From positions 128,001-192,000 of the forward strand of contig JAVRCV020000025.1 in NCBI GenBank assembly GCA_034530615.2: a DNA stretch of 64,000 bases, read 5' to 3'. The notes under the pieces were generated by a model that saw only the letters and a list, made by a program, of their open reading frames with translations, was not told where the DNA came from and did not search any database. The DNA comes from Aulosira sp. ZfuVER01. Lineage in GTDB: Bacteria > Cyanobacteriota > Cyanobacteriia > Cyanobacteriales > Nostocaceae. Shown here in pieces: positions 20,350-30,351 of this stretch; position 1 is the first letter of the stretch; each line of letters starts with the position of its first letter. Position numbers and translations under genes: made by a program.

Positions 20350-22293
20350 TCATGCTTCATGAAGTTTTTTTGAAGCTAACGCTGAAAACTCTGACTGGCT
20401 CTTTGTTTTACGTAATTCTAGATATATTAATAAAGCATTAATATCTGCTGGGTTCACGCCACCAATACGTGCTGCTTGACCGAGAGTCAGTGGTTTTACT
20501 TTACTTAACTTTTCTCGCGCTTCCTTAGAAAGGGTATCAATTTTTGTGTAATCTAAATCCGCAGGCAACTGGCGGTGCGCTTGACGGGCTATCTGCTCAA
20601 TTTGATTTTGTTGCCGCGCCAGATAGCCAGAATACTTAATATCAATTTCTGCGCCTTCTTTTTCTACAGAGTTAAGGCTGGGGTTGCCCAATCCATATCT
20701 GTCGAGGTGGAGGTAATGGAATCCTGGACGCCGCAGCAAGTCAGCTAGAGTAATTGAGCCTTTAATTGCTTGTTGCGTATCAGCTGCGATCGCTATTCCA
20801 ATTTCATCATGTTCTTTCACTCTGGTGGCGTGCAGCCGTTCTTTTTCGGCAATAATCTGTGCTTGTTTGCGGGTGAATAAATCCCAACGGCGATCGTCAA
20901 TTAAGCCAATTTCTCGTCCCAAAGGCGTTAATCGCTGGTCGGCATTATCAGAACGTAGTATTAAGCGGTACTCAGAGCGACTAGTGAGCATACGGTAAGG
21001 TTCGCGTAAATCCTTGGTACATAGGTCATCGAGTAAAGTACCTATGTAACTTTGCTCGCGGGGGAACACAATCATCTCCTGGCCACGTGCAAAGCGTGCC
21101 GCGTTTACACCTGCCACAAATCCTTGGGCAGCAGCTTCTTCATAACCTGTTGTGCCGTTAATCTGTCCCGCACAAAATAGCCCCGCAATCTTTTTCGTCA
21201 TCAGTGTGGGATAACACTGAGTTGCAGGTAAATAGTCGTATTCCACCGCATAAGCCGGACGCAGCATCACACAATTTTCCAAACCAGGCAAACTACGTAA
21301 CATTTGCAGTTGCAAATTTTCTGGCAACCCTGTGGAAAACCCTTGGATGTAAAGTTCGGGAATATCCCTGCCTTCTGGTTCAATAAATATTTGATGGCTT
21401 TCCTTATCGGCAAAGCGGACAATCTTATCTTCAATGCTGGGGCAATAACGCGGGCCTTTCGCTTCTACCCAACCACCATACACAGGCGATAAATGTAAAT
21501 TTTCTTGAATCAGGCGATGGGTTTCAGGTGTTGTGCGGGTGATGTAGCAAGGCATTTGCTCCCGTTCTACCCAAACTTCCGGGTCAAAGCTAAACCAATG
21601 CACTTCTTCATCTCCCGGTTGGAGAGACATTTTACTGTAATCCACCGATCGCTTGTCTACCCTAGCTGGCGTACCAGTTTTCAGTCTTCCGGTTTCAAAT
21701 CCTAGACGATTTAAAGTATCAGTTAATCCCTCAGCCGCGAATTCTCCCGCCCGTCCCGCCGCCATTGACTTGTTACCAACCCAAATCTTTCCGCCTAAGA
21801 ACGTACCTGTCGTTAAGATAACTGCTTTACATTGGAATGCCACACCAAAGTAAGTCTGAACGCCAATTACTTCATCATTAGCGCCCAACACCAAGTCTGT
21901 TGCCATCCCCTCACGGATAACCAAGTTTTCTTGATTCTCCACAATATTCTTCATCACAGCAGCATATTCTCGCTTATCCGTTTGGGCGCGTAATGCCCAT
22001 ACTGCCGGTCCTCGTGAAGAATTGAGAATTCGCTTTTGCAGGTAAGTACGGTCTGCCATCTTACCAATTTCCCCACCCAAAGCATCAACCTCATGGGTTA
22101 ATTGGGATTTAGCTGGCCCACCCACTGCTGGGTTGCATGGTTGCCAAGCGATTTTATCTAAATTCAGCGTCAACAGCAGAGTCCGACAACCGAGGCGGGC
22201 AGTAGCAAGGGCTGCTTCACAACCGGAGTGACCTGCACCGACGACAATGACATCAAAAGCGTCTTGGAATTCAATAGAATTGTGCATGGTCAT
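20350..22293 (-). CDS. mnmG: tRNA uridine-5-carboxymethylaminomethyl(34) synthesis enzyme MnmG (GidA)
   Basis: [66 protein letters not shown]. Confidence 0.97.
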   Translation of the reverse strand: MTMHNSIEFQDAFDVIVVGAGHSGCEAALATARLGCRTLLLTLNLDKIAWQPCNPAVGGPAKSQLTHEVDALGGEIGKMADRTYLQKRILNSSRGPAVWALRAQTDKREYAAVMKNIVENQENLVIREGMATDLVLGANDEVIGVQTYFGVAFQCKAVILTTGTFLGGKIWVGNKSMAAGRAGEFAAEGLTDTLNRLGFETGRLKTGTPARVDKRSVDYSKMSLQPGDEEVHWFSFDPEVWVEREQMPCYITRTTPETHRLIQENLHLSPVYGGWVEAKGPRYCPSIEDKIVRFADKESHQIFIEPEGRDIPELYIQGFSTGLPENLQLQMLRSLPGLENCVMLRPAYAVEYDYLPATQCYPTLMTKKIAGLFCAGQINGTTGYEEAAAQGFVAGVNAARFARGQEMIVFPREQSYIGTLLDDLCTKDLREPYRMLTSRSEYRLILRSDNADQRLTPLGREIGLIDDRRWDLFTRKQAQIIAEKERLHATRVKEHDEIGIAIAADTQQAIKGSITLADLLRRPGFHYLHLDRYGLGNPSLNSVEKEGAEIDIKYSGYLARQQNQIEQIARQAHRQLPADLDYTKIDTLSKEAREKLSKVKPLTLGQAARIGGVNPADINALLIYLELRKTKSQSEFSALASKKLHEA

Positions 22294-22493
22294 ACTTACA
22301 AATGGGAAAAGCTGAGAGTTATTTTCAATTTTAACCGATACCGTAGTTTCATGGATGTGCTTTTACAAGCGATAAGTTAATACATTGAAAATCCAAAATT
22401 CACAAGAAAAACCTAAAAACTAATATTAAGAATTATACTGGCTAGTAACTTTGCGTAAGTTGAATATGAAGCAGTTAAGCCAGAATAATAGGT

Positions 22494-23399
22494 ATGAAAT
22501 TATCAAATAAGCGTTCTAGTATTGTAGGAATTATCTTCAATAAGATCCAACGAAATCTCCGGAAGATAGTTTTTCTTATTATTCTTTTCTTTGTTTCTGT
22601 TGTTTTAGTTGCTAGTAATGGGATTACTCACCACCAAGCAGTTATTAACACTGCACAATTCAATAGTTGCGCAAGTGCTAGTTCAATTCCATGTATAGAT
22701 ACTCCTCAACCAATAACCTTACCCACGCCAACTACACCATTTACTCCTAATCCACAGTTAAACGAGCAGCAGCGTTTTTTGTCTGTAATTGCAAATAAAT
22801 TAGCGACAATTCCCCAACCTGGCACTTTTGAATATATATTGCTGCGTAAATATGGAGCAGCATTTGTCAATCAAGCACCAGAACTTAAACTACCTCAAAA
22901 AGTTATTTTTACTAACGAGCAGGAAACTAAAGAATTTCAATCTACTCTGACAATGGTTAAAGTTGATGGGACTAATAACTGTTACTTACAACAAGCCGCA
23001 GGATTAGCTTTAAATAAAGCAAAAGCCATCCAAAAAATTCCTTTGAAATCTGGTTATGGTAGCGGTGATTGTACTCGCACCTTCACCACTAATTTAAGAT
23101 TTTGGCAAAAATACGCTAACGATAGAACTTTAGAGAAAGTACGCCAAGGTAAAGAAACAGCAATTCTAGGGATAGTTGCACCACCTGGAACATCACAACA
23201 TCTCTGGGGGTTAGCCATTGATTTAGGCATATCCAGTCAAAAGCAGAGACAGGCTTTAAATCAAAATGGCTGGTTTCAAACTGTAGAAAGCGATATTCCT
23301 CATTGGACTTATTTAGGTTTGACCGAAGAACAATTACCTCTGTTTGGTTTTAAGAAAAAAGTTGTGAGGGGAATTACCTATTGGTTAACACCAATCTAA
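22494..23399 (+). CDS. D-alanyl-D-alanine carboxypeptidase family protein (M15B/VanY-like)
   Basis: N-terminal TM/signal; APPGTSQHLWGLAID (SxHxxGxAxD) and PHW motifs. Confidence 0.85.
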   Translation: MKLSNKRSSIVGIIFNKIQRNLRKIVFLIILFFVSVVLVASNGITHHQAVINTAQFNSCASASSIPCIDTPQPITLPTPTTPFTPNPQLNEQQRFLSVIANKLATIPQPGTFEYILLRKYGAAFVNQAPELKLPQKVIFTNEQETKEFQSTLTMVKVDGTNNCYLQQAAGLALNKAKAIQKIPLKSGYGSGDCTRTFTTNLRFWQKYANDRTLEKVRQGKETAILGIVAPPGTSQHLWGLAIDLGISSQKQRQALNQNGWFQTVESDIPHWTYLGLTEEQLPLFGFKKKVVRGITYWLTPI

Positions 23400-23417
23400 T
23401 CAATTTAAATTTAAAGC

Positions 23418-23612
23418 TTATCTGACTTCCACATAACGTAACTCTGCATTTTGAGTTACTTCTTCCACAGTTTCTAGATAGGCTTTAATTGCATCTTTGA
23501 TATTTTCTAAAGCCTCTTCTTCAGTTTCACCCAAAGTCCAACATCCTGGTAAAGCAGGGCACCAGATAGCATATCCTAACTTTGTTTTATTTAACTTGAC
23601 TTTGTAACGCAT
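23418..23612 (-). CDS. hicB: HicB family antitoxin (orphan)
   Basis: CPALPGCWTLGETEEEALENIKDAIKAYL signature. Confidence 0.85.
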   Translation of the reverse strand: MRYKVKLNKTKLGYAIWCPALPGCWTLGETEEEALENIKDAIKAYLETVEEVTQNAELRYVEVR

Positions 23613-23762
23613 ATCTAAATAACCGCTTTTGTCTGTTATTTTATATCGTTAAATTAAACAAAAATTGATCGTATGATACTGCAAAAACTGAAAGTATTGG
23701 TTTACAAGAATATAATTGAGGATTTGTTGACACAAATCCCAGTTACAACGAAAAAATCAGCT

Positions 23763-24326
23763 CTATTGAGATTTATAGGGTGAAGCTACAAATTGCAGAA
23801 ATTTTAAGTGATTATTTTCCCATTTATAGTAAAAACGCCCAATTCCTTGTTCTCCGTCTTTACCTCCTGCTTGACCAACAATGATGAGTAACTTACTATT
23901 GGCTCGATAGTGTAACCCACCATCAGGTCTAGGAGGATTATATCCAGCACCGCGTTGGTCGTGATAGCCATAAAGTTGTGTAGGTAGATAAACCTGACCA
24001 GTTTTGAGATCGACGATCGCAGATGTATCTACACCACCCATAGCACGATTGAGATGAGGAGCGATCGCATAATGACCTGCAAAATTTGCACCTTTGTTAA
24101 CAGTCGCGTTTAGTTGCGGTTCGTAATCTTTGATGTCTTGCGTACTAACGGCTAGTGCAGCTGGTTTTCCTTGAAATACTGGTTTTGCTGGATAATTTTT
24201 AAAATGCGGTTGTTGAACGCGAGACGTTTGCTGCAAGGATGCTGCCATTATCGATCCACTTTCTTGGACTACAGTTAAGCCTATGACTGTAGCCAATGCA
24301 GCAATAATAAAGCTACTTTTTAACAT
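23763..24326 (-). CDS. Secreted hypothetical protein
   Basis: Signal peptide; NFAGHY, IVDLKTG.VY, SKLLII.G and YYKW motifs. Confidence 0.75.
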   Translation of the reverse strand: MLKSSFIIAALATVIGLTVVQESGSIMAASLQQTSRVQQPHFKNYPAKPVFQGKPAALAVSTQDIKDYEPQLNATVNKGANFAGHYAIAPHLNRAMGGVDTSAIVDLKTGQVYLPTQLYGYHDQRGAGYNPPRPDGGLHYRANSKLLIIVGQAGGKDGEQGIGRFYYKWENNHLKFLQFVASPYKSQ

Positions 24327-24532
24327 TAAATGCGTGCTCTACTAATGATTATAATTAACTTGTTGAGACTAGCTACAAGCTCAAGTTATAAAATTCCTAA
24401 AAATTATCTTTAGTCTGTTATGATTTTGTAGATGGATTATAATTTGCTTATGTAAATTTTACCTATATCTTTAGTTATATTTTGGCTAGTTGAAGAGCAT
24501 ATTTCTGGATAAAACCCGCTCAAAGGATAAAG

Positions 24533-24895
24533 CTACTTTAAGGCGGGAAACTTTCCTAGTAAATCATCAAGTTTACGATTACCTTCAGCGTTCATGTTCT
24601 CCGCTCCACCTAGTTTCTGCTTAATCTGTTCAAATTCAGCACGGGTTACTTCTTTGGTGTTAGTTCCCGTTGTTGTTGGGTTTTTAATTTGTTATTTGAT
24701 GTCATCAATCTGAGGGCCAATTTCGCCCTGTTTTTGCTTGACTTGATTGAATGCAGTTTTAGCAAGTGATTTTGTATCGTGAACTTCAGCGCTTAGAGTG
24801 CCAGTGATTTTTAATAGATCGTTAACCCCAGTTTGCGCTGTATCCGCCTTGCCTTCAGCACGAACAGCTATATTTTTTACTCCAGTAATTGATTG
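24533..24895 (-). pseudogene. Fragment of a coiled-coil protein gene with an internal stop (possibly phage-derived)
   Basis: 121-codon frame QSITGVKNIAVRAEGKADTAQ...IDDIK*QIKNP...NAEGNRKLDDLLGKFPALK* with one TAA (24692-24694) and no start codon. Confidence 0.55.
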
Positions 24896-25154
24896 TTAAT
24901 TTTTTATAAATTTTCTAGTGAGTAGGATTTGAGTAGCATGATCGCAACGAGCGATCGCTAAAAATTGAAGAAAAAATAGTGTTTTTGAGTAGCGAATGAG
25001 TAGCCATTTAAGCGCTAAGAGCTACAAAGCATACACCGTCGAGTTTACATCATACTGGATAGTAAACTTCATGATTTTAACCTTAATTAAGTAATCGAAC
25101 GGCTCAGGGAATTTCGGGGTACAAAAGAAAAAATGGTGTTGGGTGTTGCAATTT

Positions 25155-25934
25155 ATGAATCAGCCTTTACGGTCATTGGGAGTTGCACCAAATGCTTGGA
25201 CAGTGAATCAGGCGATCGCAGACATTACTCGTCCTCCAAAGACCCCACAACCCGCTATCTTATCAACTGAAACCAAAACCCTGCGACTGGATTGGGCAAA
25301 AGCTATCATTATCGTCATTGATATGCAAAATGACTTTTGCCATCCCGATGGCTGGTTAGCGCATATTGGCGTAGATGTAACCCCAGCCCGCAAGCCAATC
25401 GAACCTTTACAAAACTTACTACCACAACTGCGTGGGGCTGGTGTGCCTGTAATGTGGCTCAATTGGGGAAATCGTCCCGATTTACTCAATATCAGTGCTG
25501 GGTTGCATCATGTTTACAACCCGACAGGGGACGGCGTGGGATTGGGCGATCCTCTACCGAGTAATGGTGCTCAAGTACTTATGGCAGGTAGTTGGGCAGC
25601 AGCAGTAGTAGACGAACTCCAACAGTTACCGTCAGATATTCTGATTGATAAATACCGCATGAGTGGATTTTGGGATACTCCCTTAGATAGTATCTTGCGA
25701 AACCTGGGAAAGACGACACTATTTTTTGCTGGCGTTAATGCCGACCAATGTGTGATGGCAACTCTATGTGATGCCAACTTTTTAGGATATGACTGCATTT
25801 TAGTCAAAGATTGTACCGCTACAACTTCCCCCGATTATTGTTGGCTGGCGACGTTGTACAACGTAAAACAATGCTTTGGTTTTGTTACTGGCTCACAAGA
25901 GATTTTAACAGCATTACAAAATGCTGATTCTTGA
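25155..25934 (+). CDS. Cysteine hydrolase (isochorismatase family; RutB/biuret hydrolase-like)
   Basis: IDMQNDF, KYRMSGF and GVNADQCV supply the D-K-C catalytic triad. Confidence 0.9.
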   Translation: MNQPLRSLGVAPNAWTVNQAIADITRPPKTPQPAILSTETKTLRLDWAKAIIIVIDMQNDFCHPDGWLAHIGVDVTPARKPIEPLQNLLPQLRGAGVPVMWLNWGNRPDLLNISAGLHHVYNPTGDGVGLGDPLPSNGAQVLMAGSWAAAVVDELQQLPSDILIDKYRMSGFWDTPLDSILRNLGKTTLFFAGVNADQCVMATLCDANFLGYDCILVKDCTATTSPDYCWLATLYNVKQCFGFVTGSQEILTALQNADS

Positions 25935-25971
25935 GTTTTGCATCTTGTAATTATTCAGAGGAGATACATAA

Positions 25972-26427
25972 ATGCACGCTACTCGTTGTGTGATTCCTGT
26001 GATTAAATCTCCCAAAGATTATCAAGTTTACCGCATTAGTCCTCATGATTCTAATCGGTTAGCGATTATCTTCGATACAGCAAATGCTAATACTTCCTTG
26101 ACTTGCTGTGTGGAAATTTTTGATGTCGGTGGGCAAACTCCACCTAATCGTCATCAATGGGCAGTAGAAATGTTTTTTATTCTGAAAGGGGAAGGTATGG
26201 CTATTTGTGATGGCAAGAAAGTTGCTATTAAAGCAGGAGATAGTTTATTAGTACCGCCTACAGGCACTCATTTGATTAAGAATACAGGTTTTACTCGCTT
26301 GTATACGTTAACAATTATGGTGCCTAATGAAGATTTTTCGGAATTGATTCGTAGTGGTACGCCAATGGAGTTAGATGCAGAAGATATGGCGGTGCTAGGG
26401 AGATTAGATGCTTTGATGCCTTGTTAA
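25972..26427 (+). CDS. Cupin domain protein
   Basis: TPPNRH..AVEMFFILKGEG...AGDSLLVPP.GTH.IKN; GGAG RBS. Confidence 0.9.
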   Translation: MHATRCVIPVIKSPKDYQVYRISPHDSNRLAIIFDTANANTSLTCCVEIFDVGGQTPPNRHQWAVEMFFILKGEGMAICDGKKVAIKAGDSLLVPPTGTHLIKNTGFTRLYTLTIMVPNEDFSELIRSGTPMELDAEDMAVLGRLDALMPC

Positions 26428-26472
26428 ATAAAGCTCACATAATTTTAGCTTTTAGATTTTAGTTTGCTGCCA

Positions 26473-26496
26473 AGGGCGGGAAAATCCCGCCCCTAC
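26473..26496. terminator. GC hairpin (REP-like/terminator) between convergent genes
   Basis: GGGCGGGA-AAA-TCCCGCCC followed by CTAC. Confidence 0.55.
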
Positions 26497-26508
26497 AGAT
26501 TCAAAAAT

Positions 26509-27021
26509 TCAATCCCACCAATAGCAAACTATTACTGCATCAATGTCTTGTTGAAAATCTTTACCCCACAACCCACCTTCTAAGCGAGTTCTCAATCTTC
26601 GTTTTAGCCGCAAAGCGTACTCCTCATTTGTTCCATCAATTATTTCTACTGAATCAGCTTGCCACTTTTTACCTAAGTCTAAAAGTTCAGATACTGTTGT
26701 ATCTTGATTCTCACTCAATATGTAGAGCGTATCGGCAGGATAAGCAACAAAATGGATGATGCTAGTTTCCGGCATAGGACGGTAGTTTGCCATTGCCAAG
26801 AGAGTATCGAGCGCACCACCAAAGCTAAGACCGTGTTCATCTGGCGCAAAAATAGGTTTTGTAAACAGAAAGCTTGCCCATAAATCTGTGCGCGCAGCCA
26901 GGTCACTAATCACTTGTTCTCCATCAAACTGATTAAATTGACGCTACCAAACTAAGGCAGCAAAGAGTTCTTGTGGAGAATAAGATTGAGCTATTGATTG
27001 AATTTTGGTTAAGTCTAGCAT
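26509..27021 (-). pseudogene. Hypothetical protein gene interrupted by an in-frame amber codon
   Basis: ATG 27021 gives MLDLTKIQSIAQSYSPQELFAALVW-TAG(26946-26944)-RQFNQFDGEQ, continuing in frame into the 134 aa ORF ending CYWWD*. Confidence 0.65.
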
Positions 27022-27242
27022 CACTTTTAGTTAAGTTGAAAGGCGCAAAAGAACCAAAATATGCAAGGAAAAGTAAAGTTAACGTGAGTTCGATAGAATT
27101 AAAAAATGGCAGGAGGTAGTGCAGGCAAATCTTTTGGGTAAATATCAATCGACGGTTTTTTGGGCAAATAGGTGTAATACCAATTCAAAATTCAAAATTA
27201 AGAAATTGAGACTCAGCAAAGGTTCCAGGGTTTGCGTCTGCA

Positions 27243-27430
27243 TCATATTTTTGGTGAAATGGTGTAAGCAGCTAAACCAGCCATCAAGTTAACCAAAAAA
27301 TTAAATGGGCTACGATGGCGGAAGTGTTCTATTTGACAGATATTTTTGAGATGGTCATTGACAGACTCAATGACAGCATGTTTGCGTAACAGAATCTTAT
27401 CAATCAGTTTGACCAAGTGATTTATTAACT
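27243..27430 (-). mobile_element. IS982-family transposase C-terminal fragment
   Basis: [46 protein letters not shown] resembles the IS982 DDE C-terminus; the rest of the element is absent. Confidence 0.85.
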
Positions 27431-27593
27431 TTGATGAATTGCTGCTCCTATCAAAGTTGCCGAAATCGAACTTTTTTACAAGAGATACTTTCATTACTTT
27501 TGCATTACTGAAGTTAGTAAATTCTGAACTATATATCTGCTCAACTTAAGTATTAAATAAAATGATTACCAATAAACTAGGAAAAGCAAAAAC

Positions 27594-27956
27594 GTGAACC
27601 GTTTCAAAAAGCTATCCTCAATAGTGTTCCTGTTATTAGCCTTCATGTATCCACCTGCTTTGGCTGAAGCTAAGGATACTACTCTCAATCATGTGTTCAA
27701 TGAACAGAGTCTTAACGCACAGACAAAATTAGTTGAAGAGCAAAGTGAAGAGCTTTTGTTAGCTCACCGAAGGACTCGACGACGTTATCATAGACGGCAA
27801 CGGACTGGAAAATATTATCAACGCCAGGGAAATCTACAACATTATTATAGACGACGCTATCGCTCTATACGTTATCACGGACAAGCATATCGTCATGGAC
27901 AATGGGAACTTGTGCGCGATCGTCATGGACGATTAATGTATGATTGGCAGCGTTAA
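27594..27956 (+). CDS. Secreted Arg/Tyr/His-rich hypothetical protein
   Basis: Signal peptide ending in ALA-EA; C-terminal half extremely rich in R, Y and H. Confidence 0.7.
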   Translation: MNRFKKLSSIVFLLLAFMYPPALAEAKDTTLNHVFNEQSLNAQTKLVEEQSEELLLAHRRTRRRYHRRQRTGKYYQRQGNLQHYYRRRYRSIRYHGQAYRHGQWELVRDRHGRLMYDWQR

Positions 27957-28162
27957 TAGTAAACTTTACCCCTAATTTTCCCAGGCATAACGATGCCCTG
28001 ATGCTTTTTGTTGCTTTTTTTTAGTATCGCTGAGACGGTTCGATCTAATAATTATAGGTATGTTCTTCTCACTACAGTCTCAGCCTTTTTTTGTAGCTAA
28101 ATCAATCCGTCGAACTCACGTAGAATTAGAATAAAGATGACGTACATTCACCAGTAGCTAAA

Positions 28163-30007
28163 GTGTCAGACTCTCTACCTTTGCGCGATCGCTACCTTGC
28201 TTTAATCGATGAAATTGTGGACACCACCCTCAAGGGCAAGATTAGCTCTGTAGAGCAGGTGTATCAAATGTTGCTCAAAGGGGTGAATTCCGGCACAGGA
28301 GAAGTGTTTGAACTCGTTTTGAGCGATCGCCTCGATGCTATCCAAAATCAAGTGGATAGTGAAAAGGATGAACTCAAGAAAGCTAAGGCTACCCGCAGTT
28401 TAAGAGCCATCAAGACAATTCAGAGTCAATGGCAAAGGTGGCAAGAAAATAATAAAGCTACAGAAGCGATCGTCTCTGGTGTGAAAGAAATTACCACAGC
28501 CTCAGATGATGAACGTTTAGCAACATTTCTCCGATTTACCGACCCCAATCAAAAGTATCCCCTAAATTCGCAACAGCTACAGCAGTTGTCAAAATCTTTA
28601 CAGCAATTTGCTCAAGCAGATTCTGATTTACAGCAAATATCAGTAGGAATTAACCGGGGTTTGGCTGCTTGGCAGCGATTGCAAGACCATTTAGTTAGCT
28701 GGATGTACGAGCAAAATCAAGCACTGGGGTTTGGGGGTGTACCTGGTGAAAGCGGCCCTTGGGCAACTTGGGCAAAGCAAGTTAATAGTCAAGTACCCCA
28801 AGCATTACTGCGTACCTTGGCAATGGAGCAATCTGCCATTGAATTTGCCGCCCAGCAGCGCAGTATTACCCTAAGTGATTGGGTAGAAATGGCATTAATT
28901 CTGCAATACTTGCAAAGAGGTTTAGTCAACTGGTTTGACCAACAGGCTTATAATGTGCAAGCAGGTTCAAAGTTATCTATTTCCACATACTTAACCTTTG
29001 CAGTACTGTGGAGTCAGTTAGCAAGTGGTTTTCATAGCATTGCCGCAGTGTACAGCGAAGGCGCTGCGCAAATCATGCTCCAGATTCTCCGCAACTTTGC
29101 CTTGCGTCCCTATTTTCCGCTTTACGGTGGGATTTTCGCTTCGTTTTCTGGTAACTATTTGCGGGATACCTTAGATTATTTAGATGAACCGTTGCGGCAA
29201 GTCGAGGGAACCCAAGAAAAGGCTAGAATTCTGACAATTTTAGGCTATTCACAGCGTGCTTTAGGGCAATATGAACGTTCTAGAACCTTTCATCAACAAG
29301 CATTAGAGATAGCTAGGAATGCAGGCGATCGCCCTTGTGAAATTGCCAATCTCAACCACCTTAGCCGTACCTACGTCCAAGAACAAGATTATGTCGAGGC
29401 CATTAACCATAGTCAACGCGCCTTAATCCTCAGCCGTCAAGTAGGCGATCGCACAGGCGAAGCCAATGCCTTGATTAATTTAGGCTACAGCGAAGTGATG
29501 CACGCCCAAGAACTAGAACAACTAGAGCCAGAAACCTATGAAATGGCAATTAACTATCTGCAACAAGGCTTAAAGTTATCAGAACAATTAGGCGATATTC
29601 AAAGCAAAGCTTTGTGTTTTAGTAGCTTAGGAATTGCCTATTTAGTGATTGGGCAACCACAAGATGCAATAAAATATCTGGAAGAGGGTTTTAAAACAGC
29701 GCAGATTTCCGGGGATTTATATCTTCAAGGACGCAATTTAGCTTACCTAGCTGAAGCTTATTATCATTTACAAAACTCAGAAAAAGCGATTTACACTGGC
29801 AGCTTAGGTATGTATCTTCTGGAGCAAATTGCTTCCCGTGAATGGCGACAACCAGCAGGACTACTGACAATTTTACAAGGTCAAATAGGAACAGAAGCTT
29901 TCCAAAATTTCTTACAACAACATCGTTCTAAAATTATTGCCATTATCGGTGTAGATGGATACGACCACATTCCGCAGTTATTAGCAACATACAAAGGAGA
30001 TATGTAG
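28163..30007 (+). CDS. Tetratricopeptide repeat protein
   Basis: C-terminal TPRs (ALEIARNAGDRPCEIANLNHL, GDRTGEANALINLG, GDIQSKALCFSSLG). Confidence 0.88.
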   Translation: MSDSLPLRDRYLALIDEIVDTTLKGKISSVEQVYQMLLKGVNSGTGEVFELVLSDRLDAIQNQVDSEKDELKKAKATRSLRAIKTIQSQWQRWQENNKATEAIVSGVKEITTASDDERLATFLRFTDPNQKYPLNSQQLQQLSKSLQQFAQADSDLQQISVGINRGLAAWQRLQDHLVSWMYEQNQALGFGGVPGESGPWATWAKQVNSQVPQALLRTLAMEQSAIEFAAQQRSITLSDWVEMALILQYLQRGLVNWFDQQAYNVQAGSKLSISTYLTFAVLWSQLASGFHSIAAVYSEGAAQIMLQILRNFALRPYFPLYGGIFASFSGNYLRDTLDYLDEPLRQVEGTQEKARILTILGYSQRALGQYERSRTFHQQALEIARNAGDRPCEIANLNHLSRTYVQEQDYVEAINHSQRALILSRQVGDRTGEANALINLGYSEVMHAQELEQLEPETYEMAINYLQQGLKLSEQLGDIQSKALCFSSLGIAYLVIGQPQDAIKYLEEGFKTAQISGDLYLQGRNLAYLAEAYYHLQNSEKAIYTGSLGMYLLEQIASREWRQPAGLLTILQGQIGTEAFQNFLQQHRSKIIAIIGVDGYDHIPQLLATYKGDM

Positions 30008-30067
30008 TCTCGATAGTTATTCAAGAAATTATCCTTTTTCTCTAAAATCTGGCTACACATAAATCTC

Positions 30068-30262
30068 CTTCGGGTACTCTTCGAGAAGCCGCTGTTTGAG
30101 CGTCTACGGAAGTTCGGACTCGACGAAAAGCTAAGTCACTGCAGGACGGGTCTCCCGGCATAAAAAAGCCAGCGCTGTGGGCGGGGAAATCCCGCCCGTT
30201 ACGATAATCGGTATGTCACAACCATTGATTGAATCGGCATAATTTGCCGAACATGATATCAA
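30068..30262. repeat. Small dispersed repeats, GC hairpin and MITE-like end between the TPR gene and wzc
   Basis: gggtactcttcgagaagccgct...gcgtctacgg; GGGCGGG-GAAAT-CCCGCCC hairpin; taatttgccgaacatgatatcaa. Confidence 0.55.
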
Positions 30263-30351
30263 AAAGCACAAGCGACCAGCGATTGATAACAAATCATGGT
30301 CTTTCTCAAAATGTGCAATTTTAACGGTCATTTTGCTATTAGCTCAACATC

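Noticed and set aside
27243..27494. Intact IS element
   Set aside because: Only about 55 C-terminal codons resemble an IS982 transposase, and no terminal repeats were identified.
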